Positions 57,718 through 64,000 of a stretch of DNA of 64,000 nucleotides are shown here, piece by piece. Numbering within the stretch: the stretch's first letter is position 1; each line of letters starts with the position of its first letter. The translations under genes and the position numbers were made by a program. Origin of the DNA: Tissierellia bacterium (lineage in GTDB: Bacteria; Bacillota; Clostridia; Tissierellales; Tepidimicrobiaceae); NCBI GenBank assembly GCA_012728365.1, contig JAAYFE010000072.1, positions 10,784 through 74,783 of the forward strand, given 5' to 3'. The notes under the pieces are model-generated. The model was not told where the DNA came from. It made no database searches and saw nothing but the letters and a program-made list of their open reading frames with translations.

Positions 57718-58374
57718 ATGATAAATAGCTATGAAGATCTAAATAAATATTTATCCCAAATAAATGCTTTTATTTCAAAGGAAGAAGGCAAAAGGGAAAA
57801 AATTCAAGAACAAATAGACAATACTAAAAAAGCCCTTGATAATATACAGGATGAAATAGATCTGTTAGAAAAAGTAAATATACTTTTTCAAAAAACATCT
57901 GAATTTGCTAGAAATCAAGCTAAATTCCAAATAGAATCTCTTGTAACTAATTGCTTACAGTACGTATTTGAAAATGATATTGAATTTAAAATAGAAATAG
58001 AAGAGTTACGAAATAAGCCAAGTGCTGATTTTTATGTAATAACGAAAGAAAATGGGACAACTATAAAAACTAAACCAGAGCTTTCTAGAGGAGGAGGAGT
58101 TGTAGATATTATATCCTTAGCCTTACGTATTGCTTTTTTACAAATCCATAAGCCTAAAATTCAAGGACCTTTAATACTAGATGAGCCAGCTAAACATGTC
58201 AGTGAAGATTATATATTTAATGTAGCAGATTTTTTGAAGAAAACCTCTGAAATGTTTGAAAGGCAAATTATTATTGTTACCCATAACAACCATTTATCTG
58301 CTATTGGAACAAATGCTTATAGGGTTACATTAAAAGGTACAATTAGCGAAGTTAGCAAAGTTCTTATTGATTAA
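57718..58374 (+). CDS. Rad50/SbcC-like ATPase, C-terminal piece (coiled coil, ABC signature, Walker B, H-loop)
   Basis: An N-terminal coiled coil of about 75 aa is followed by ELSRGGGVVDIISLALRIA (signature-like), PLILDEPAKHV (Walker B and D-loop) and IIIVTHNN (H-loop). Confidence 0.75.
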   Translation: MINSYEDLNKYLSQINAFISKEEGKREKIQEQIDNTKKALDNIQDEIDLLEKVNILFQKTSEFARNQAKFQIESLVTNCLQYVFENDIEFKIEIEELRNKPSADFYVITKENGTTIKTKPELSRGGGVVDIISLALRIAFLQIHKPKIQGPLILDEPAKHVSEDYIFNVADFLKKTSEMFERQIIIVTHNNHLSAIGTNAYRVTLKGTISEVSKVLID

Positions 58375-58379
58375 GAGAC

Positions 58380-58408
58380 TTGACATATTATTGTAAAAGT
58401 AATAAAAT
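58380..58408 (+). promoter_or_regulatory. Sigma-A-type promoter upstream of rny
   Basis: TTGACA (58380-58385) is followed by a 17-nt spacer and TAAAAT (58403-58408). It lies about 150 nt upstream of the rny RBS. Confidence 0.6.
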
Positions 58409-58557
58409 GTAGAAGTAGCTAGACATTACTAAATATTATATTAATGTGTAGACCTTAAGAACCGAAAATAAGAGTAGGTCTTATGTCTTATAATCAAAAG
58501 TACTAGAAAATCAACTATTGGAACTTGAAAACTAAATAGAATAGGAGGTGCATCGTT

Positions 58558-60099
58558 ATTGATACTATAATTGATATCATAATTTATCTATTAATGGCTT
58601 TGACAGGAATCGTAGCAGGTTTTCTTATGAGGAAAAACATTGCAGAAAAAAAGATAGGAAATGCTGAAGAACTAGCTAAAAAAATAATTGAAGATGCGAA
58701 CAAAGAAGCTGAAACCCGCAAAAAAGAATTATTGTTAGAAGCCAAAGAGGAATGTCATAGAATTAGAGTTGAAGCAGATAGAGAAAATAGAGAAAGAAGG
58801 CTTGAAATTCAAAGGCAAGAAAAACGCTTGCTACAAAAAGAGGAATCCTTAGATAGAAAGGCTGATGCTCTAGAACATAGAGAGGAAGCTTTTAATAAAA
58901 GATTGAAAGAATTAGAAGAAAAAGAAGTTCTTATAAATGAATTATATGAAAAGCAAGTTAAAGAATTAGAAAGGCTTTCTGGCTTAACTTCTGACGAAGC
59001 AAGAGAAATATTATTGAATGATATTAGAAAAGAAATAGCACATGAATCTGCGCTATTAATAAAAGAAGCAGAAAATAGAGTTAAGGAAGAGGCAGAAAAG
59101 AAAGCCAAGGAGATTATATCTTGTGCAATTCAAAAATGTGCTGCTGATCATGTAGCTGAAACTACAGTAACTGTAGTTTCCTTGCCAAATGATGAAATGA
59201 AGGGTAGAATTATAGGTAGAGAAGGTAGAAATATTAGGACCTTAGAAACATTAACTGGTATTGATTTGATTATAGATGATACACCTGAAGCTGTAGTTTT
59301 ATCAGGTTTCGATCCAATTAGGAGAGAAATTGCAAGAATAGCTCTTGAAAAGCTAATAGTTGATGGAAGAATTCATCCAGCAAGAATAGAAGAGATGGTA
59401 GAAAAAGCTAAAAAAGAAGTAGAAAAAACAATTATAGAAGAAGGAGAACAAGCTGAATTCGAAGTTGGAATTCATGGCCTTCATAGTGAATTAATAAAGT
59501 TATTAGGTAGATTAAAATATAGATCAAGTTATGGACAAAATGTTCTTAGACATTCTATAGAAGTAGCTCATCTGGCAGGAGTAATGGCTGCTGAATTAGG
59601 AGCAGATGTAAAAATTGCCAAAAGAGCAGGTTTGTTACATGATATAGGTAAAGCTGTTGACCATGAAATAGCAGGTCCTCATGTGGATATAGGAGTTGAA
59701 TTAGCTAGGAAATACAAAGAATCTGAAGAAGTCATACATTGTATTGCAGCACATCATGGTGACATTGAACCCAGAACTGTAGAAGCTGTGTTAGTGCAAG
59801 CAGCAGATGCTATATCTGCAGCTAGGCCAGGTGCGAGAAGAGAAACATTAGAAGCATATATTAAGAGATTAGAAAAACTAGAAGAAATAGCAGAATCATT
59901 TGAAGGTATAGAAAAATCTTTTGCTATGCAAGCGGGTAGGGAATTAAGAATAATGGTTAAACCTGAGAAACTAAATGATAATGATATTGTTCTTGTAGCT
60001 AGGGATATAGTTAAAAAGATTGAAAGTGAATTAGATTATCCAGGACAAATAAAAGTAAATGTAATTAGAGAAACAAGGGCAGTGGAATATGCTAAATAG
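58558..60099 (+). CDS. rny: Ribonuclease Y (membrane-anchored, KH plus HD domains)
   Basis: Almost the whole length aligns with B. subtilis RNase Y ([40 protein letters not shown] motif GLLHDIGKA, ...[10 protein letters not shown]). The first ATG (58594) would remove half of the N-terminal TM helix. The frame is open upstream, and ATT 58558 lies 8 nt after AGGAGG, so the start assignment is tentative. Confidence 0.85.
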   Translation: MDTIIDIIIYLLMALTGIVAGFLMRKNIAEKKIGNAEELAKKIIEDANKEAETRKKELLLEAKEECHRIRVEADRENRERRLEIQRQEKRLLQKEESLDRKADALEHREEAFNKRLKELEEKEVLINELYEKQVKELERLSGLTSDEAREILLNDIRKEIAHESALLIKEAENRVKEEAEKKAKEIISCAIQKCAADHVAETTVTVVSLPNDEMKGRIIGREGRNIRTLETLTGIDLIIDDTPEAVVLSGFDPIRREIARIALEKLIVDGRIHPARIEEMVEKAKKEVEKTIIEEGEQAEFEVGIHGLHSELIKLLGRLKYRSSYGQNVLRHSIEVAHLAGVMAAELGADVKIAKRAGLLHDIGKAVDHEIAGPHVDIGVELARKYKESEEVIHCIAAHHGDIEPRTVEAVLVQAADAISAARPGARRETLEAYIKRLEKLEEIAESFEGIEKSFAMQAGRELRIMVKPEKLNDNDIVLVARDIVKKIESELDYPGQIKVNVIRETRAVEYAK

Positions 60100-60164
60100 G
60101 TATTAAACCATTAGGAAAGAAAACAAAATAATTTAATATAAATTTAATAATTTTTTTTAAAAAA

Positions 60165-60191
60165 GAAGGATTTTAAAAAAAATTGTAGAAT
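60165..60191 (+). promoter_or_regulatory. Sigma-H-like promoter upstream of spoVS
   Basis: GAAGGATTT (60165-60173) is followed by an 11-nt spacer and GTAGAAT (60185-60191). This matches the B. subtilis sigma-H consensus RNAGGAWWW-N11-12-RNNGAAT. Confidence 0.55.
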
Positions 60192-60256
60192 AAATAATTA
60201 TATATATAAATTATATAATAATTTAATAAAATAAAAAATGTAGAGGGGGATATATG

Positions 60257-60517
60257 ATGGATGTATTAAAAGTATCAGCAAAATCAAGTCCAAATTCTGT
60301 AGCAGGAGCACTGGCTGGAGTGTTAAGAGAGAAAGGCAATGCTGAAATCCAAGCTATTGGTGCAGGTGCTTTAAACCAAGCAGTTAAGGCTGTAGCCATA
60401 GCACGAGGATTTGTAGCTCCTAGCGGAATTGATTTAATCTGCATACCAGCTTTTACAGACATTGAAATTGATGGTGAAGAAAGAACAGCAATTAAATTAA
60501 TTGTTGAGCCAAGATAG
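60257..60517 (+). CDS. spoVS: Stage V sporulation protein S
   Basis: LKVSAKSSPNSVAGALAGVLRE.G.AEIQAIGAGALNQAVKAVAIARGFVAPSG.DLICIPAFTDI.IDGEERTAIKLIVEPR is nearly identical to B. subtilis SpoVS. Starting at ATG 60257 gives the expected 86 aa. Confidence 0.95.
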   Translation: MDVLKVSAKSSPNSVAGALAGVLREKGNAEIQAIGAGALNQAVKAVAIARGFVAPSGIDLICIPAFTDIEIDGEERTAIKLIVEPR

Positions 60518-60548
60518 TGTAGATAGTGTATTAGTGTTTTTTAGTATA

Positions 60549-60580
60549 AAACCTACTAATTTATTTAGTAGGTTTTTATT
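60549..60580 (+). terminator. Intrinsic terminator after spoVS
   Basis: AAACCTACTA (60549-60558) pairs with TAGTAGGTTT (60566-60575), and TTATT follows. Confidence 0.75.
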
Positions 60581-60610
60581 TTGACATAATATTTATAGAT
60601 TAGATATAAT
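60581..60610 (+). promoter_or_regulatory. Consensus sigma-A promoter for the PHP/PadR genes
   Basis: TTGACA (60581-60586) is followed by an 18-nt spacer and TATAAT (60605-60610). Confidence 0.6.
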
Positions 60611-60646
60611 ATACATAAGTAAAATATCCTAAAAGGAGAGCTTTTA

Positions 60647-61462
60647 ATGATATTTGATTTGCATGTACATACTACTTATTCTGATGGATTGCTTTCTCCT
60701 AAAGAAGTTGTTGACTTAGCTAGGAGGAAAGGCCTTAATGGCATTGCTATAACAGATCATGATACTGTTGAAGGAATAAACTCTGCTCTAAAAGTAAGTA
60801 AAGGTTTCAAAGACTTTTATCTTATTCCTGGTATAGAATTTGGGACAATTTTTGAAGATGAAGAGGTACATTTATTAGGATATTTTATAGATTATACATC
60901 TAAAAGGTTGCTTGAAGCTACAGAATTATTAAAGAAAAACAGGATTAAAAGAGGTATTAAGATAATTGAAAAAATAAATTCTCTTGGAATGAAATTGTCC
61001 ATTGATGAAGTTAAGAAATTTACTAAAGAAGATTATATAGGTAGGCCTCATATTGGAAGGGCTTTACTGCAAAAAGGTTATGTAGAAAGTATGGAAGAAG
61101 CCTTTGAAAAATTTTTAAACAAAGGAAAGCCTGCATATGTGCAGAGAGAAACATTAACACTTAAAGAAACTATAGATCTTATACATGAAGTAAATGGCAT
61201 AGCTATATTAGCCCATCCTGGATTGTTAAGAGATAAAGATATTGTTAACAGATGTATACAGCTTGGTATTGATGGCTTGGAGGCAATTCACTCTAAACAT
61301 AAGGAATAAGATGTTAAGATGTACATTCAACTAGCAGATATAAACAATCTAATAATTACAGGCGGTTCAGATTGTCATGGCAAAATTGTAAATGGAGATT
61401 ATTTAATGGGAAAATATTATGTAAACGTTAACTATATTCCCAAAATGAAAGGAAGATTATAA
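60647..61462 (+). pseudogene. PHP-domain phosphoesterase (TrpH/YciV-like), interrupted by one in-frame TAA at 61307-61309
   Basis: MIFDLHVHTTYSDG, AITDHDT and LAHPG are present, then ...LEAIHSKHKE*DVKMYIQLADINNLIITGGSDCHGK. The final metal-binding motif GGSDxHG lies after the stop, in the same frame, which stays open to TAA 61460-61462. Confidence 0.75.
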
Positions 61463-61846
61463 TTGGGTGTATATAAGAATGAAAGAAACAGACAATTCCC
61501 ATCTAAAATAAGTACTACATCCTTTGTAAAACTATACATACTTCATCTATTAAAAGATAGAAGTTATTATGGCAATGAAATAATTGAGGAAATAAAGACG
61601 AGGCTTGATAATAAATGGGAACCGAGCCCTGGGATGATTTATCCTCTGCTAAGAGATTTAGAAGCAAGGGGTTACGTGGAAGGGTGGTGGGAAGAACCAG
61701 ATAAAAGATCAATAAGACGATATAGATTAACCGATGAAGGATTCAAGCATTATAAAGTTATATTACTTCAAAATCAAGTGGTATTTGAGGATGCCTTGAC
61801 TATAATAAAAAATGTGTTAAAAGATATATATAATAAAAACATCTAA
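61463..61846 (+). CDS. PadR-family transcriptional regulator
   Basis: The winged-helix motif is YILHLLKDRSYYGNEIIEEI...SPGMIYPLLRDLEARGYV...RRYRLTDEG. The start is TTG, 7 nt after AAGGAAG. Confidence 0.85.
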   Translation: MGVYKNERNRQFPSKISTTSFVKLYILHLLKDRSYYGNEIIEEIKTRLDNKWEPSPGMIYPLLRDLEARGYVEGWWEEPDKRSIRRYRLTDEGFKHYKVILLQNQVVFEDALTIIKNVLKDIYNKNI

Positions 61847-61872
61847 ATTATAACTATTATGGAGGTTATGAT

Positions 61873-63069
61873 ATGAAATTTCACTTATCAGAAAAAGGAC
61901 TAAAAATTTCATCATCAGTAACTTTAGAAATTACAGCTAAAGCTAAATCAATGAAAGCTAAAGGTATTGATGTTATTAGTTTTGGAGCTGGAGAGCCTGA
62001 TTTTAATACTCCAGAAAATATAAGAAAGGAAGGAATTAGAGCTATAGAAGAAGGGCTCACAAAATATACTCCTGCTTCAGGAATAAGTGAATTAAAGGAA
62101 GCAATATGCAAGAAATTCAAAGAGGATAATAATCTAGAATATTCTGTAGAAAATATTGTTGTATCAAATGGTGCTAAGCATTCTATCTATAACGCTTTAA
62201 TGGCAATTCTTAATCCCGGAGAGGAAGTAATAATAGGAGTACCTTATTGGGTTAGTTATCCAGAATTAATAAAGCTAGCTGGTGGGGAACCAGTATTTAT
62301 ACATACATTAGAAGAAAAGGAATTTAAATTTACAGTGGAAGATTTGGAAAAAGTGAAAACTAATAAAACAAAGGCAATTATTTTAAATAGTCCAAGCAAT
62401 CCTACAGGATCTATATATTACAGGGAAGAATTAGAAGCTATAGCAGAGTGGGCAGTAGAAAATAACATATTTGTAATATCTGATGAGATTTATGAAAAAT
62501 TAATCTATGATGGAGAGCATATAAGCATAGCTTCAATAAATGAAGATATAAAGGACTTAACTATCGTTATAAACGGTATGTCAAAAGCATATGCAATGCC
62601 AGGATGGAGAATAGGTTATTTAGCTGCTCATAAAGAAATTGCGAAAGTTATTAGTAATATTCAAAGCCATACCACTTCAAACCCATGTTCTATTTCTCAA
62701 TATGCCAGTGTAGTAGGTCTAACAGGGGAGCAAAATGCAGTATATGAAATGAAAAAAGAATTTGAAAAAAGAAGAAATTATATGGTAGATGCAATAAATT
62801 CAATAAAAGGTTTAAGCTGTAAAAAACCAAAGGGTGCTTTCTATATAATGGTTAACATATCACAACTAAAAGGTACTACAATTAAAGGGTATTATATTAA
62901 TAGTTCTCTAGATTTTGCAAAAGTTTTATTAGAAGAAGGGCAGGTTGCGGTAATACCAGGAATTGGTTTTGGCGATGATAATTATATTAGATTGTCATAT
63001 GCAACATCAATAGAGAATATTAAAGAAGGATTGGATAGAATAAAAAGAATAGTAGAGGAAAATAAATAA
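61873..63069 (+). CDS. aspB: Aspartate aminotransferase (class I PLP aminotransferase)
   Basis: GEPDFNTP, NSPSNPTG and the PLP-lysine motif NGMSKAYAMPGWRIGY are present in a 398-aa protein. Confidence 0.88.
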   Translation: MKFHLSEKGLKISSSVTLEITAKAKSMKAKGIDVISFGAGEPDFNTPENIRKEGIRAIEEGLTKYTPASGISELKEAICKKFKEDNNLEYSVENIVVSNGAKHSIYNALMAILNPGEEVIIGVPYWVSYPELIKLAGGEPVFIHTLEEKEFKFTVEDLEKVKTNKTKAIILNSPSNPTGSIYYREELEAIAEWAVENNIFVISDEIYEKLIYDGEHISIASINEDIKDLTIVINGMSKAYAMPGWRIGYLAAHKEIAKVISNIQSHTTSNPCSISQYASVVGLTGEQNAVYEMKKEFEKRRNYMVDAINSIKGLSCKKPKGAFYIMVNISQLKGTTIKGYYINSSLDFAKVLLEEGQVAVIPGIGFGDDNYIRLSYATSIENIKEGLDRIKRIVEENK

Positions 63070-63083
63070 AGCTATAATGCAAA

Positions 63084-63130
63084 ATAACAACAAAGTTTAC
63101 ATAAGATTATTATGTAAACTTTGTTGTTAT
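63084..63130 (+). terminator. Perfect 20-bp hairpin after the aminotransferase gene
   Basis: ATAACAACAAAGTTTACATA (63084-63103) pairs perfectly with TATGTAAACTTTGTTGTTAT (63111-63130) around a 7-nt loop. There is no downstream T-tract on the + strand. Confidence 0.5.
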
Positions 63131-63152
63131 AAAAGTTATTAGGGGTGATTTG

Positions 63153-63839
63153 ATGAAAAGGTATGCAAAAAATATGAAAGCCCTATCAGAGGAGGATATG
63201 AAAACACTATTTAATAGTAAAGTTTGCGTGGTAGGTTGTGGTGGGCTTGGCGGATATATAATAGAAATGTTAGGTAGAATTGGTGTGAAATATATTACTG
63301 TAATTGATGGAGATGTCTTTGATGAAACAAATCTAAATAGACAGTTAATAAGCCACGCTGGGAATATTGGAAAAAGTAAAGCAGAAGAAGCTAAGAAAAG
63401 AATGAAACTAGTAAATCCTGATGTAACAGTGAATCACATAAATGAAATGCTGGACGAAAATAATGCCATGGATTTATTGGAGGGTCATGATGTAATAGTA
63501 GATGCATTAGATAATATAAAAACAAGAAAAATATTAAATGCTTTTTCTAAAAAGTTAAATATACCCATGGTACATGGCGCCATAGCGGGATTTTATGGAC
63601 AAGTATCAACTATATATCCTGAAGATAACACTTTTAATTATATTTATCCAGATAATGAAGATTTAAATAAAGGTATTGAGACAGAATTAGGAAACCCGTC
63701 ATTTATACCAGCTTTAATAGCTGCAATAGAAGTATCGGAGGTTATAAAGATTTTAACCAATAAGGGTAAATTGCTTAGAAATAAGATTTTATTGGCAGAT
63801 CTTTTGAATAACAATTTTGATATAGTTGAATTCAAGTAA
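63153..63839 (+). CDS. ThiF/MoeB/HesA-family E1-like adenylyltransferase
   Basis: The nucleotide-binding motif is VCVVGCGGLGGYI. ETNLNRQ and VDALDN are also present. The protein is about 228 aa. TTG 63150 is an alternative start. Confidence 0.8.
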   Translation: MKRYAKNMKALSEEDMKTLFNSKVCVVGCGGLGGYIIEMLGRIGVKYITVIDGDVFDETNLNRQLISHAGNIGKSKAEEAKKRMKLVNPDVTVNHINEMLDENNAMDLLEGHDVIVDALDNIKTRKILNAFSKKLNIPMVHGAIAGFYGQVSTIYPEDNTFNYIYPDNEDLNKGIETELGNPSFIPALIAAIEVSEVIKILTNKGKLLRNKILLADLLNNNFDIVEFK

Positions 63840-64000
63840 ATATAGTTAACATAATATTATTATGATAACTTAATAAAAAATATAGTAGGTAAAAGTATAT
63901 ATTTTAACCATAAGTATGAAAATTTTATCAAGGGTTATATAAGAACCATATAATTAGCATGATTAATAAGGAGTACTTTCATTAAATTTAAAAGTCTTAT

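Noticed and set aside
56003-58374. The three ATPase pieces as another case of a single gene broken by in-frame stops, like flhG, cheW and the PHP gene.
   Set aside because: The three ORFs are in three different frames (56003 mod 3 = 2, 57462 mod 3 = 0, 57718 mod 3 = 1). The second has its own GGGGGG RBS and TTG start. A frameshifted pseudogene is not fully excluded and is listed as the refutation test, but it is not a simple nonsense interruption.
58440-58480. A hairpin AGACCT...AGGTCT in the rny leader as a regulatory element.
   Set aside because: It has only a 6-bp stem with a loop of about 22 nt in AT-rich sequence. That is too weak to support without comparative data.
14134-61309. The idea that TAA is reassigned to a sense codon (alternative genetic code), which would explain the three in-frame TAAs.
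   Set aside because: Many genes in the window end at a TAA exactly where their homologues end, for example cheY, fliY, motA, frr, rpsB and pnp. The next gene's RBS follows immediately in these cases. TAA is therefore clearly used as a normal terminator.
1-64000. A search for CRISPR arrays, tRNA or rRNA genes, IS elements, integrases, prophage or toxin-antitoxin pairs.
   Set aside because: No spaced direct repeats were seen. No intergenic spacer has tRNA-like arms or conserved T-loop sequence. No transposase or recombinase motifs were found. The longest non-coding gaps (about 150-220 nt) are accounted for by promoters, leaders and terminators.

Overview
This 64 kb window is AT-rich (about 30% GC by eye) and comes from a low-GC Firmicute, probably a spore-forming member of Clostridia or Tissierellia. 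I support about 69 genes, and all of them lie on the + strand. Gene order follows the Bacillus subtilis core chromosome closely. It starts with the distal two-thirds of the fla/che flagellar and chemotaxis operon, from fliK to sigD. Next come rpsB-tsf-pyrH-frr-uppS-cdsA-rseP-ispG, then polC, then rimP-nusA-ylxR-infB-rbfA-nrnA-truB-ribF, then rpsO and pnp. These are followed by the ylxY-like deacetylase, an M16 peptidase, dut, ymxH, a tepA-like gene and ftsK/spoIIIE. The next block is rimO-pgsA-cinA-recA, then rny and spoVS. The window ends with a PHP phosphoesterase, a PadR regulator, an aspartate aminotransferase and a ThiF-like E1 enzyme. I found no rRNA, tRNA, CRISPR array, transposase or integrase. 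All listed minus-strand ORFs look like antisense shadow ORFs. Five things stand out. (1) A four-gene module sits between recA and rny. It encodes an Mre11/SbcD-like nuclease and a Rad50/SbcC-like ATPase that is split into three polypeptides, with the first split right after a CPVC zinc-hook motif. It appears to be transcribed by read-through from the LexA-boxed recA promoter. (2) Three otherwise intact conserved genes each carry one in-frame TAA: flhG (at the signature lysine of the deviant Walker A), cheW (inside the GxINLRG motif) and the PHP phosphoesterase (before the GGSDxHG motif). (3) rny has no canonical start codon that would encode its membrane anchor, and an ATT with good Shine-Dalgarno spacing fits best. 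(4) Several leader or attenuator candidates are visible, including rimP-nusA, rpsO and a sigma-H-like promoter before spoVS. (5) Small synteny differences exist, such as no dxr between cdsA and rseP, and an MgtC-ACT gene before polC. All functional calls rest on motif recognition and synteny. No database search was run.
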